Part shown: piece after piece, positions 11,288-26,080 of the stretch
Position numbering within the stretch: position 1 is the stretch's first letter
Layout: the number at the start of each line of letters is the position of its first letter
NCBI RefSeq assembly: GCF_001194135.2
Contig: NC_068985.1
Span: 90,024,381-90,088,380, forward strand
Source: Octopus bimaculoides
Taxonomy: Eukaryota
Reading direction: 5' to 3'
Length of the DNA stretch: 64,000 nt
Notes under the pieces: model-generated
Database searches by the model: none
Told to the model about the DNA's origin: nothing
Seen by the model: the letters and a program-made list of their open reading frames with translations, nothing else
Made by a program: the position numbers and the translations under genes

Positions 11288-13555
11288 CGTATAGATGTAA
11301 GTATGCACATATACATATGTATATATGCATATATATATATATANNNNNNNNNNNNNNNNNNNNNNNNNNNNNNNNNNNNNNNNNNNNNNNNNNNNNNNNN
11401 NNNNNNNNNNNNNNNNNNNNNNNNNNNNNNNNNNNNNNNNNNNNNNNNNNNNNNNNNNNNNNNNNNNNNNNNNNNNNNNNNNNNNNNNNNNNNNNNNNNN
11501 NNNNNNNNNNNNNNNNNNNNNNNNNNNNNNNNNNNNNNNNNNNNNNNNNNNNNNNNNNNNNNNNNNNNNNNNNNNNNNNNNNNNNNNNNNNNNNNNNNNN
11601 NNNNNNNNNNNNNNNNNNNNNNNNNNNNNNNNNNNNNNNNNNNNNNNNNNNNNNNNNNNNNNTATATATATATATATATATTATTCATATTATATATATA
11701 CATATGTGTGTGTATGTGTGTGTGTGTGTGTGTATGTGAAAGTTTGTTTCTTCATACGTATATGTAGAAATAAATCTCACTTTTAATTCTACTCAAGCAA
11801 TAAAGGGATATTTTGAGATTTTATAAAAACAAATTGTGCTCTTTTTGATGTTTCTAATATTTTGCTAGTTAATTGTGTTAAAAATAAGAAATTATTATGA
11901 ATAGACTATTTTGTTCAGGTTTTATTATCATATGATATTAATTAGTATTTATTTGGGCAGAATATCTATATATGTACAGCAATATTTCTCCTGGATTAGA
12001 AGTTTATTTTAATATCATTCCAGTTAATATTAATTGAAGCACCTGTAATATATAAACTAAAATACTTTTTTTGTCTGATATAATATTTTCTCTGATTTCA
12101 TTATTTCAATTTCCAGTGAAGTTTCTTGATACCGTGTGACATATAATGCACTTCGTTGCTCTTTTGAATAAAACGAAATATAGCGAGATAATCTGAATGG
12201 AAATAAAATTGAATGATTGCCTAAATGTTAGGAAAGCATCATTAAAGAAACGTTTTGTTGCATTTAATATTTGACATCGTATAAAATTAAATACTTAATA
12301 CAACTCTTATTTTGTTTTTTATTGTTCATGTGCATTGCATCAGTTCAGAAACTTAATATGAACAACAAAGTATAACGTAAACCATTTTAGCTTGATTTTC
12401 TCGTATGTCAAGCACGTCAGCCTGTCATGATACACAATATCTGTGACATTCTACTTTATTAGAAACATATGTCGTTTAACATTTACACACCATTTTGTAA
12501 AAGAAACATTTCTTTGACTGATTGTGCTATTTCATTTTGTTTTTAATAATTTTGATTTTGAGAACTTTATGTGAATTAAGTTACTTCGTCAAATTATTTA
12601 AAATGTTCTGATACGTTACGTAAAAAGTTCAGGTTACATGATGCTTCCGTCTTTACCAATTACTTGACAATTGTTTAAAACATGGAGGAGTATTTATTAA
12701 ATTAATAAACTGAAGATAAACAAAGTTAAACTTTCAGTCATAATCCATAATCTGATGTTCAAAAACATGAAGTAGAAACACCAACATTTTATAGAAAAAA
12801 AAAAAAAAAACTTATTTTATCATGTGATAAATGTAATTTCCCGATAGACGGGAAATCGTGGATGCGTTCTTGCACAATTGGCCTCTCCTACACTAGTTTA
12901 AACAAAATGCGACAAAAGTATACACAACACTATTAATAGATGTAAAATTTAGTATCTGCGGATGGATATTATATTGCAACGGTGTGGAGTGAACGTCTAC
13001 GTAGTTTATTTACGAAACAATTTACTGTATCTTTTCGTTCATTTGAGTTATGTACTATTCACACGCTTCCAGATAAAACATGTTTTTATAATGGTCGCCC
13101 TATCTGACCGGTGAGGCAGTGCTACGATTGCTCATTTCTTTTCTGTAGGTTCGAATTTCATAATTATTGGCCTTCCACAATATAAACTATTTTAATAGAT
13201 ATATTTAAATTTAAGCAAACGGGACCATAATTCCCTGATTTTGAAACATCTGGAATGATGGAAGCACATTCGGTGACAGGATTCGCTCAATCTCACGGTA
13301 ATTGTTTTGAAAAATCATTATAAATTATTAGTTTAATATACAATTCAATTTTTTTATTACACCTGTACTCATGTGAATGAAAGAAACCAGGTTTGTCATA
13401 GTCTTATATTATCTAGATTAATACTCCTCGTTATTGTCTCCTTATAGCGTCAAACTAAACCGGAAGTGTTCGAAATCCAGCACTGTTGCACCAAATAGAT
13501 GCCATCAGTGCAATGGATGAGGCACAGGGAGAGGGCGAAAGACGTCAGGTACTAC

Positions 13556-14225
13556 ATGGCAAGACTGACACGAAATCAGAGGGAGCAAGCCATCCGACGT
13601 ATCCGTGCTGGTCAACGTCCATGAGTCATTGCTAATGACTTGAACTGCATTATTCGGACAACTGAACGGCTGAGAGAACGAAACAATGCCAAAAACAGCA
13701 CGGATGATTGTCCACTGAGTGGTCGACCGATGGTTACAACGGCACGTCAAGATAACCACCTGCACTGACAGCGCTTGCGGGATCGATTCCAGAGGGCAAC
13801 AAAATCAGCTAGGCAGACGATGGGGACTCACCACAGACCCATTTGTGCAGAGACAGTTCGCCGCATGCGGAGGTCTTTACACCTGTCTCGTAGACGTGTG
13901 GCTAGGTGTCACATCCTCAGGTATCATTATAGACGGGCACGTCTGCGAAGGGCTCAAAAACGTCAGAACTAGCGATATCAGCAGTTAAAGATTGTAGTCT
14001 TTTCTGATGAAAGTTGATATTGCATTTCTGTGGCAGATGGCGGAGCAAGGGTTTGGAAAATAAGCCGTGAACGCCATGGTGGTGAGAGACATCATAGTAT
14101 GGAGTGAAATTTCACTTTTACAGAAACTTGGAAAGGTTGTCTTCGAAAACATCGGTCAAATCCGGGGCAATGGAGTAACCGATGCTCGCTACATCGAACA
14201 AGTGTTGAGGTCTCTGGTATGAAGG
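13556..14225 (+). pseudogene. Tc1/mariner (IS630-Tc1) transposase relic, truncated
   Basis: Translation MARLTRNQREQAIRRIRAG...SGRPMVTTARQD...ICAETVRRMRR...VVFSDES*...RVWK...IIVWSEIS shows the paired HTH region, the GRP motif and the first catalytic D (FSDES). It has several stops, no second/third DDE residues, and no TIRs found. Confidence 0.85.
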
Positions 14226-15207
14226 ATAACCACAATAGACATAGTCATTGTATCTTACGTATTGTTTAAGTCAATATTTAAGAGCTGTCTAGTAGAATAA
14301 ATAGCATTTTTCGCCAATTTACCTCTTCATTGTTTATAGTGAAGGAAGTTATTTATGTTTATAAGCTTTTCCTTCTTTGTGAGCTGAACATTATGTCACA
14401 CTGCCAACATGACGTATTAAAACTTCTTCAAACTATGGTTGAGAAATACACAAAGAAAAAAAAAGACTGTTGTAACACACTGCATAATTTATACGTCAAT
14501 ATATTAACCGATGTTAAAGTGTTAAGCTGAACATACAAGTTTTCATTTTTCTAAAGAATTCATCATAATTTATTGCAAAAGTAAAATTAACTATTTTTAC
14601 TTTTACAGCGCATGCTTGAATAGATAGGATTCTCAAGCAAACACTAGATTCTATCACAATTGTGTAGTCCTTAAAATACACATTTGGGATTAGATTTGTG
14701 TAATGTTCATAATAAAAGAAAATAAACGCTGATTTGATTTATTGTCTTCCTAGATATTTAAATTGAAATATATATATATACATACACAAAGATACATATA
14801 TCATTAAATCAAATGTATTTGCATTTGAACGATTTATTCAGCTGCAACTTTCTCCAACATCAATATCGAGGTCAAAGTAATATCACATCTCTCTTTACAT
14901 TCAGACTAATCCTTTTGTACACATACTTTTCTATTGATATTTCCAGTGAAATTTCATGTTCTACAATGTTGTTGACATTGTGCATCATGAATGGGAATAA
15001 CATATACGACGAAAAGCGAGTTTTGGAGTTTTATGCACGTTACAGAGATTAGTATGTTGGTATTAGAAATGATACTTGTGTTACTTTCCACGGTGCTAGA
15101 TATGGTCTCGTTTTTTGCTTTGGTAAAAAAATCAATCGGAATTGCACATAAATGCTGAATGACATCCCATTACACAAATATCTATCATTTTAATATTATC
15201 ATTAGTT

Positions 15208-15410
15208 TCCTTTTTGTTTCAGTCTAACCTGTGACCATGCTGGGTAACCGCTATGAAGAATTTTAATGGAAAACATCGACCCGGTTTACATATTCATTTT
15301 AAGCCTGGTATTTATTTTCTTTCGACGAACTTCTAATTTACGTGGACGTAATCGAACTGACAATGATTGTTAAGTAATGGTAGGGAACAAACACGAATGC
15401 AAAGACACAT
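15208..15410 (-). mobile_element. SINE family 2, decayed 3' half
   Basis: tgtttcagtc...gaccatgctgg...atcgacccgg...aagcctggtatttatt aligns with 40275-40480 and 47076-47219. Confidence 0.65.
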
Positions 15411-18400
15411 ATAGATAATATATATATATATATATATANNNNNNNNNNNNNNNNNNNNNNNNNNNNNNNNNNNNNNNNNNNNNNNNNNNNNNNNNNNNNN
15501 NNNNNNNNNNNNNNNNNNNNNNNNNNNNNNNNNNNNNNNNNNNNNNNNNNNNNNNNNNNNNNNNNNNNNNNNNNNNNNNNNNNNNNNNNNNNNNNNNNNN
15601 NNNNNNNNNNNNNNNNNNNNNNNNNNNNNNNNNNNNNNNNNNNNNNNNNNNNNNNNNNNNNNNNNNNNNNNNNNNNNNNNNNNNNNNNNNNNNNNNNNNN
15701 NNNNNNNNNNNNNNNNNNNNNNNNNNNNNNNNNNNNNNNNNNNNNNNNNNNNNNNNNNNNNNNNNNNNNNNNNNNNNNNNNNNNNNNNNNNNNNNNNNNN
15801 NNNNNNNNNNNNNNNATATATACGAAAGGCTTCTCTCAGGTTCCGGCTAGCGAATCCAATCACAAATATTTTGTCGGTCCGAGGCTATAAAAGATGCCAC
15901 GCAGTTAGACTTAGAAAACTATATGGTTACTGGTTCAGGCCCACGCGTGGGTTTTGTGATAGGTACCTTAAGTGGCCTCTTGTCCGTCGGTGCTTTGCGA
16001 GTGAATTTGGTACTGGTAATCTTTGTTGAAGCCCATATATTTATACATACATGCATACATATAATATGTAGTAGCTGCTTTTTCATATAAGGTGATTCCG
16101 TATAGATTCAATAAAAAGATTGATACAAGTTAAAGATAAAAAGTAACCTTATTTCATTCCATCCTCTACGTAAGTTTGCAAAATGCTGCTAAAATATGTT
16201 TTCTTTCACGTCTTAAGGTCACTCCTTCTCTTTTACTTACGCTACTCCACTCTCTGTATGTTGTGAATTGTGACTGAGGAAGTCAATCAACCATCATTGC
16301 TTTTCACTATCTTTTATATTGAAACCCTGCAACTATTCGTTCCGATTATGTAGGTGCTAATATACTACAATTAATGAGAATTAAATCGATTAGGAATGTC
16401 TTGTACTAACTCTGATGATTGCAATTTGTAATTCAGATTATGGTCGTTTAAAGATTAATGTTAACCACTGCAATTAGCATCGGATTATTTGTTAGTGAAA
16501 ATAAATAAATTACATTATCTATAATTAAAAAAAAAAGCGATAGACGCGTTCAAACATCTCAGTAAGTCATTAACAAATACCTGTAATACCAACGTGTTCA
16601 TGAAATTATTAATAACTTCAGTATATTGTAACCTTAATACATAGAAGAAAAAAAGACAACTATCATCTAATGTATTCATCACGAACTCGGTATTATCATT
16701 ATTAAAATTTTATTTCTGACTTCAAATTTAAGTACCAAAATAAAATTTACTGCTATTTGAGTATCTATAAAAAACATAACGCTTGTTTATCATCAGCCTT
16801 AGATGAATCAGCAGGATGTATAATAACAGAGCTCTTCATAAACAAATTTCAGTTGGTGTAGTCAGAAAACTTGTAGCGTTTGTTTTTCATTTAACATTTT
16901 CGTTCAGTTTTGAAGTAATGCTAAAACATTTACGCAGTTGTAGCGCTCTCTAAATTTCGTGTTTATTTATTCTACGAGAATGCATGTATGGAATTGAATT
17001 CATGATCTAAGAAGACAAATCTTATGATAATGAAATATGTGTTCAGATCATCCAGTGAATTTAATATTCATTCTTTAGAATATGAATCTAAAAAATATGG
17101 AAATATTTTAAAAAGTACACATCTAAGAGACATGAGAAAGATACCATCTAGACAAATATGAAAAAAAAAAAAAAAAATACTATATTTAAAAATACTATAT
17201 TCTTTGGGAAAATTCTTTTTCAAAAACAATTCTAAAATTTCTGAGTTTTCACAAAAGATTTCTGTTGAAATGCGTTTCCGGAAAGCATAGTTTTAGAAAA
17301 AAATTGTTAAGATGATTAAATAACTATTTAATTTTAGAATGCTTTTGCTAAGATAAACTAATCAACGTAAATTTCTGCTCAATTATCGTAGTGATTTTGT
17401 CGTTCATGTAAATAGCATTCACAACAAGACAAAGCTTTGATCATGTGATGGAATATATGGAAAAGAAAGATTTTACGCTAGAATTATTCAATTAGTTCAT
17501 TCAATTTAACTGAGTGTTACTAGTAATTGAAATATTTCTACATTAAACACGGATAAATATTTTAAAACATGTTTTCTTATTCTCATGTTTATCTTAAAAC
17601 AAAATATATTCTGAGAAGGAAAAGAAACGACAAATATGTGTAAAAATCTTAAAATGAAATTAGTTTACTAATTAGAAAGGATGATTTCCTTTCGAAATAA
17701 ATTATTTTCCATTGTTATATGTATCAGGAGAAAATGTTTTCAGTTTTATTTGGACGTAATATTTCTGAATATGGCTACATCATACGATACATTATATACT
17801 ATATTAATTATAGGAGTACAAATCTGAGTGGAATAACTTGTTACGTAAAATCAACGACTTTGAACCATTTTAATTTTATTTGTCGAAATACACAGGTTGC
17901 TAGTTACACCAAAAGTACCTTGTTCTAATAATAGTATGGTGATTAAAACAACAAAAAAACAAACAAATATGCGTCCATACTCCATAGTATATACAAAAAT
18001 CGTTATGAAAATGACCGGAATAATTATGAAAATAATTAATTCCGTCAGATATGGATTAAGGTAAAATACCTTAAACTGAAATGTGTTAAAGTACAACACG
18101 GATATTACGATAGGATTACGTGAAAGGAATGAATCAATTATATACATTTTAAAGAAATTGATACGAAATATAGTCACCATCATCATCAAACAACTCTGTA
18201 TTCTAAACCATTTCCACTAAAACAATAAATGGGAAGGTGTATTAAGTCGAATAAGGAAGTTAAATTCCATAAGAATTTCCACTGACGTACAAAAAAGTGT
18301 TTGTGCCTCAGATGGCAGTATCATTGCTAATATATTAAATGAATTGCATTAAGTTTGACATCCATGAGTGCGAGGATTCCACAAATATGTCTAATCCCCA

Positions 18401-18554
18401 TAAACTCTTCTGGTAACATCAGTGACACAATCCAGGTGATCCTTGGTAGCAAGGGTGTATAAACCTATGGTATATATGTATATCTATATGTGGCGCGTGT
18501 GTGTATGTGCGTATGCGTGTGTCTGTGTCTAGGTGTGTGAGTACGTGTTTGCGC

Positions 18555-18592
<38 letters not shown>

Positions 18593-19519
18593 NNNNNNNN
18601 NNNNNNNNNNNNNNNNNNNNNNNNNNNNNNNNNNNNNNNNNNNNNNNNNNNNNNNNNNNNNNNNNNNNNNNNNNNNNNNNNNNNNNNNNNNNNNNNNNNT
18701 GTGTGTGTGTGTGTATAAATGCATGTATATTTCTAAAATAATCAAGGTGTAGCATAGCCAACGATGGTACCCCACCATGCCCGCCGTTTTAAGGTTAAAA
18801 ACATGTTAAAGAGCTATAGACACACACACACACACACACACACTCACACAAAAGACGAAAATTTATTTTTGCACGCATAGACCCTGTTAGAACAGCAGAA
18901 ATATTAGGTAAATTACCCTTACAAAGCAGTAAAAATTCTCAACAGCAGTAAAATGTGCGAACTGTACATGGATGAATATAAACAAACGTCTGTTTTTTTT
19001 TTTTAATATTTTATAATCGATGTAATATGTATTGTAAGATACAAATACGATAATAAATTGTGTTCAAATGATAATTTATATTTGAATGCTGAGAGACAGC
19101 TCTTCGTCTTTTCAACTCTTTCTCCTTCCCTCCTGTCGCGTCTAAACTTCTCTTCACTCTTGATATCAAGAGTCTATGTTGTGAAAAATGGAGTTCCAGA
19201 CAGGAGAAGGTAATTAGGGATTTTTTTCCGGTATAAGGGAGATAATCGAAATGCTGGGAATGACTAGGTTTTATTAATTTAACATGATTTAGTTTAGAAG
19301 GAATAGAATATTACAAGTGGTTAGGTTTTGCTTTATATTTTTTTCCATGAGGTGAGTTTCCTTATTTAAAATGTCAGGTTGAGTTTTGGCTTATATTTTT
19401 CAATGAAGAAGGTTTCCCTATTCAATCTAACTTGTGTTGGTGTTCCAATGGCACATTAATAGAATGGAAAGATTACAAATTGTAGGAGAAATTTGCTTTG
19501 CGCATTTCTCAATATGTTC

Positions 19520-19760
19520 ACTAAAGGTTATCATTCTGTATTCTGGGAATGCAATCTGTTGTCGATGCATAACGAAGGACTCCTTGACTTCAAACCCTTC
19601 CCAGACGTTCGACACAACCCTCGACTGACACGTTCACACTTCTTCGTCTGGCCGAACTTGTTCTCTCCTTCAAGTGCCTCTCGTTCGCGGGGATGTTTTA
19701 CCCTGGAGTGGCCATGGGAACGAGAATGGGCCCCAAATTACTCTTGCAATGCGGAAAATT
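19520..19760 (+). pseudogene. Penelope-like RT fragment (different lineage from the 34 kb element)
   Basis: With one frameshift it reads HNEGL...PSTDTFTLLRLAELVLSFKCLSFAGMFYPGVAMGTRMGP. GVAMGT.MGP is the PLE RT motif B'. Confidence 0.7.
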
Positions 19761-22700
19761 TTGTTTCATGTGGGTCATATTGGAAGAAGGGAACTATAAA
19801 AACTGAGGGGCTGGGATTGAGCATGTATGCCCCTGTGCAGGAACATAACATCATAATAGAAGTGCGATTCTCGAAGAAAGAATACACTAACTCGCAATCC
19901 AATTTATTGACATAAAGTGAAGTTATGTATAACACGTCCTCTAATTTTTCATTTGAGGCATCCCTGGTAAAAACATACAGCCATTCACATGTATACATAA
20001 AATTCACACCCAACCTCGCACTCATGTAGATAATCTTGTGTGAGTCTGAATGTTTTGGGAGTCTAACTGACCGAGTTATCCGGAGTTAACTGACCAAGAG
20101 ATCTGCAAATACATAGCACTGTTCTGTTTTCGAAAACTACATCGTCAGTTGGTTCCCGATAAGCTGGCATGATACGATTAACAAATATATAAAATAAAAT
20201 AAATGAATAAATACTTTTTAATTTAAAAAAAACCCTAAAATCTTAAAGAAAAAATACCCTGCAAAATACGTTTATATAATATATCTTGGTACACCTACAC
20301 TAATAAATTATTTCAGTATTTAAGATGGAATGTACATACGCTAAGCTGAATTGATGTTCTATCGCAACACCATACACTAACAAATAGGTAGAAGAAATAA
20401 ATACATCGGAAATAAATACATAGGTAGAAGAAATAAATACATCGGAATACCGAAGTAGATAATGTATATTTTATAATCAAAGTACAACTTCAGTCTGTAC
20501 ACATGTTATTAGAAATATTTGTTGAATGCTAATCAATCTCATACGGCTTTTCAGAAATTCACGACAAATACCTTAGTACACAAATAACATTCACTCATTT
20601 TGTTTTGCTTTCTTTTCTCCATTTCTGTTGTGACAAACACTTTTTCGCTGATTATTTAATTTATATTTGACATTGCCTCGAGATTTTTTCTCTCTCTAAA
20701 TATTGTAGTAAGTGAATTATTTTCTAGATTAAGTTAGAAAAATTTACAAAATCAAATTTCAAAATATCAATATAATTAAATTTAAAAAAATATCATGCTA
20801 TTGTAATACCCACTGAGCTTTTCTCTTGGTGAAGCCGAAAGCAATTATAGTTCGAGGAATGTTTATTGATGAGAGAATCAATATAAGTGAATTGCTCATA
20901 AAAATATCAGAGTCCACGGTGGGTGGGGGTAAATGTATAGCCCGTATGATTTGAACTCAAACTTATGAGTATGTATACAATGCTGTATAATTATATTCGT
21001 CCGCAACTTTTGGGGTCTCAAATTCTATCAAGATTTTCCATAAAACAAAAGAAGTTTTATACGATGTCTCTTCTTGATTGCCATTCAATACCAACTCTAA
21101 TATAATATGTGAATATGAATATGTCTTTATCATTGCGTATGTGTGTGCATGTATGTGTGTGTGTGAGTGTGTGTATGTGTGTGTGTGTGTGTGTGAGCAT
21201 TTATCAGACAAACACAAGTGTATATATCTGTCCACATGTAACTGTCTGTGAGTGAATGTTTTTTTGTATCTGATTTCCAAATACATATCTACATACATTC
21301 AACATGCCTTCAGTTGTGATCCGCCCTGTAACTATTACCTGCCCCGCAAAATATCATTTTATTGTCGAAAACACGCCAATAATAACTTTTCACACATAAA
21401 ATGTTCCCTGTATATCTATCCATTAATAATGGGAAGAAGGATAGCTATATAATCATAGAATCGATATTAACATAAAATAATTTGCAATATATTTCCGGTA
21501 TATAAATATATTACCTTTCGTCAGAGAGAAAACGTAAGTCGATGATATTGAGGCGCAGACAGATAAGGTTTCTGCGGAATTATACGCAAACTTTACAAGC
21601 ACACACATAAACATATCCCAACACAAGACACATACATTTACATGCACGCACAAACATACACATTCATTCACACGCATAAAGTGAGTATATATAATCTACG
21701 TATTTGTGTTTGTGTGTATTAAATGTAATGTATGTTTGTGAGTTTTTGTTAAATTTCCCCGATAAGAGTCAATGAAAATCCAATATTTATTAGATTTTCT
21801 TAATTGGCAACTAAAATATCTAGTAGCTCTGTGATAACAAATAATGAATATATTCTTGGCCAAATTACATTTCTCTTTGCAGCTTGAAGCTTATCGCTAG
21901 TATTTCACTTTATGGTGCCAAATGACCTGAGAGGTTAAGGTTTGGAAATCAGATATTTTATTATGGGATTATTCTCTTTTGATGTATTTTTCAAAAAGTG
22001 TCGTTTCAATATTTTTTCCGACTAATAAATCTATTTGTTATTAAGTTATTTTTGTTCCAATTGTTTTCTGTTCGATTACATTTGGTTTCGTATGTTCGAA
22101 TATAAAAGCGTTTGAAATATAAGTTTCTGGCATTCAGTCAACTTGAAATATTTCCAGTGTAACATGCGAGTGGCGGTATTTATTTGAAAACTTTATTTCT
22201 CTATATTGAAATCGTATTCTACTTATAAATATTTCTTCCAATTATTATTTGAAAAGAAATGTAAATACAGGAAGTGTGAATATGATATACAATTTTGCAG
22301 GTCGACTGGCGAAGATTGTAGACGAGAATGTTGAAGAGGATAGTTTAACGGACAGTATATATGATATATTTAAAGAAAAACCTCTACGCATGCGCGAAAT
22401 AACTCACATTTCTGGGCATGCATGTCTTTATGCAGGTATATATCTATATACATACACACATACACACACACACACACACAAACATAACTGCATACATATA
22501 CATAGATACATTACATACATGCATGTTGTTTGGGACAGGCAGGAGAAGATGTGTGCTGTCATAGTTGTTTGTTGTCCCGGAGATGCTTATATCTCTTTAA
22601 AAATCCAACAGAAAGCGGAAGACTATGGAGAATTGCTTCGAAAACTCCAGCTTCTATACAAATATACGATCTGGATAAGCTTGAATTTTCTGAAAAAGAA

Positions 22701-25194
22701 GTCAACCAACCAACTGACACATTATAGATACAATGTGTAAGGGGAACAGTCAACAGATGCAATAATTTTCTTCTGATATTTTCACATATTTTTATCGCAT
22801 TTTCACTTATCGAGACACAAAATTACAATATAGAACGCAGTTTTATATAGAAATGAAGACGGTGGATCTGTTCCAACACTTCTAGCATACGACAGAACTT
22901 TGTCGTGTTTCGATCTAGAATACTTAAAAAAATTTCCATTGTTAATGTTGTTGAACTCATGCAGTACATCTTGTCTCGATTATTATGACGTTAAAAACTG
23001 GATAGACAATTAATTGAATGTGGCTTGTACATTAAAAGAAGTCCTGCTTGGAAGTCTTAAATATTTATTTAAGAAAGGAATCTTCTTTGGTTTAATAGTT
23101 ATTTCGAAGTGTGTGACTATATCAAGCCGGCAATTAATCCTCTAAGAGTGTTTCAATTTATCCTCTATAAGTGTTTAATTACTTTCGTGGAGTTAATGAG
23201 CTTACTAAAAACTGTTTTATATAAAATTTGTCGTCAACACGAGCAATGTTTTCAAAATTTTCATTTGAAATCCTCAAATACCCGCCAACAAGTCTATTTG
23301 TTTCTTCCGCTCATGCACAATTAACCCATTGTTCGTTCCGTGGGTTTATTGGAAATATATTAAGGCAACAATGATTTAAATACAAAATAACACTTTGCTC
23401 CGTCAGTATTGTTTTACAGTTACTGAATATATATTGTACTTCTGGAATCTGCGTGGAAAAAAAAACGGGAAAATTACCCGCCTTGCTTTTTAATCTCAGA
23501 ATAATGTAGTATCTTCTGCAAATAAAATACTAAATAATCATGGAACTTCTCCCTTCAAAAATCAATTGGTATCATGTCGGCTACTGAAGGGGGATTATGA
23601 AAGACAGAGACGTGTATCAAATGCTTCTGGCGGTTTAGTCAAAGATGAAATGGTGAGTGCTATACGACCTGCCGAAACTTACAGAGGTTTAAGAATGATG
23701 TAATTGAAAGGCTGAAGAATGCAGTATTTTAAAGGCTGAAGAAAATAATATTTCAATAGTGAAATTTATATTACAGCAATTATGCGGTTAATATCATGTA
23801 CCTAATATTTACCAGTCTCATTTCTATTTTAATTGTTTTTGCCTCCAATTGATTAAAAATCACAGACAAACTAATTTTCATATGAAATTCAATTACATTT
23901 TAAAATTGTTTGAAATTATGCAAATAAATAGGAGAAAATGAGAAAAATGATAAATGAATTTTTTCTTTATTGTTAATTTTGTTTTTGCCATTAGTATCAC
24001 GTTATTTTGAGATATTTGTTTGTTTTTTAGAATTCTATTTCTGTTCTAAACAATGTCTACACGAAAATGAACTCAGATACGCACTTCTATTGCAGGAAAA
24101 CAAAAACAAACAAAACAATGTCTGACATTTCAGAGTCATAAACAACCCAACACCATACCAAAGATCATAGAATACGTCTTGCAACATCTCAAAACTTAGA
24201 GGTGTCACGGAATATTTTTCAAGCAAATATTTGCCATTTCAACTCTACCAAAACAATCACCAACAAGCTGATATGTAATTGAATTATCAATCTCCCGTGA
24301 GAATGTCACTCACCTGTCATTAAAGCAGTTAGGAAATTATAGGGTTAAAATCAATATAAATGTTAACCAACTGAATCAATGCAGGTGAAGGGTACTGTCA
24401 TCGCCATCTGATCGCTAATCTTCAAGCTCTGATTCAAGGCTTACGTCTGTTCAACTTCGCATTGAAGTTGATTTGACGTAGACTAGAATCACACCACAAG
24501 AACTAAGGGAACGTGCATATGTATACACTCACATATACACAATTAAGGTGTAGATTTTTCTTTAGGTTTTATATAGCATTCTTAAGGGAAGTTAAGCCGG
24601 TCGTTAAAAGAGTGTCAAAATGCTTCAGTTGTCAGAATTCTTGGCTTTGGTTAATTGGGTGTGTTAATTGAACCGTCGATGCACACAGCTAAATGTAAGC
24701 GCCTATTGATCTACAGAATCTCAGCTGGAGAAACTTTGGTTTCTCTTACAAGTCGTCACTATGACGCTTATAATTTGGATTTGGAGAATGTGCATCAGTT
24801 TTGTTTGCCCATTCTTAAAAGATCCGAGTATTTGTATGTATAGTTTCAATATGTAGGTACGTAGCCTCATACAGCTTTAATGATATTTACAAATTAAATA
24901 TTTTGTCAAAATACAAGAGCTGTACGTTCCGCATAGATTCGCCATAAAAGTTCTGTTTTAGCACCTTCACGTCCGCTGGGGAATTGATATCTACAACAGT
25001 GTATGAAGTTTGTTATCTGTCCCACAGAACACTATCAGGCTCATGTTTACAGCAAATTGCTGGTCTCAAGTTCACTAGTCCCTTAATTTAGGAATACATT
25101 AAGGTGCTGATATGCCTTTGGGATATTCGTCAGAGAGATCCATCCCAAGGCTAGCATTATAAGAATTGTACATACGTATATACATACATACATG

Positions 25195-25231
<37 letters not shown>

Positions 25232-25550
25232 CTATATACCATCTGTGTATATCTCACTGCTGAGGCACAATATGTTGTTTTTTTTACACACCTAGAAATC
25301 CGGATCTGAGTTTACCCAATTTTTTGCTAGTATATATGTCTACTTGTATTTAAACCTTGTGCTGTATGAATATATGAAGTGGTCTTAGAGTCAAGTTTTG
25401 ACTGCTACCTCTAGCATGGTGGTATCTCTTAGCCTCAATCAGAATTTTGATATAATTGATACCTATAAGGTTCTTTTATTCCCAGGTTGGCCACTTGATA
25501 TGATCGGTATTTTGAATAACGATCTTAACCTTAGTTATATAAAAAAAAAT

Positions 25551-25587
<37 letters not shown>

Positions 25588-25984
25588 TCACGTTTCAGAC
25601 ACATGATTTGGAGACTCTGTGCTTCAATTAGGAATCACCTACGTAGTCTCACATCCTCAGTTTAACAACACAGTGAGATGTACGGCAACCGTCAATTAGG
25701 AATATCTAAGACACTTACCAGAATATTGGTATAGTGGAAATGAAATGGATATACACGTGAGAAAATAAAACGTAAATCACAAATCAATACTGTAATCGAA
25801 CTGTATATCACGAACATTTATAGTTACTTCCTTTCATCTACATTTCACTTGCACATACACATCTAGCACATAATATTAATATAATTTACAGCAACCCAAG
25901 ATTTCTTGTGTTTGACTAGCTTCAAATAACAAAGTACACAAAATACCGCCACATACCGACTAACATCCAGTAGACATTAGCTAA

Positions 25985-26080
25985 GGACAGGCATGGCTGT
26001 ATGGCTAAGAATCATGCTAAAAACACTTCGTCATTTTCGGTTCAATCCTAATGTGCGACTACTTGAGTCAGTGGATTCTT
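25985..26080 (+). mobile_element. SINE family 2 head fragment
   Basis: ggacaggcatggctgtatggctaagaa...cggttcaatcc resembles the family 2 head at 46872 and 59838. Confidence 0.5.

Noticed and set aside
19156-19173. 18-bp perfect palindrome ACTCTTGATATCAAGAGT
   Set aside because: Roughly one is expected by chance at this base composition.
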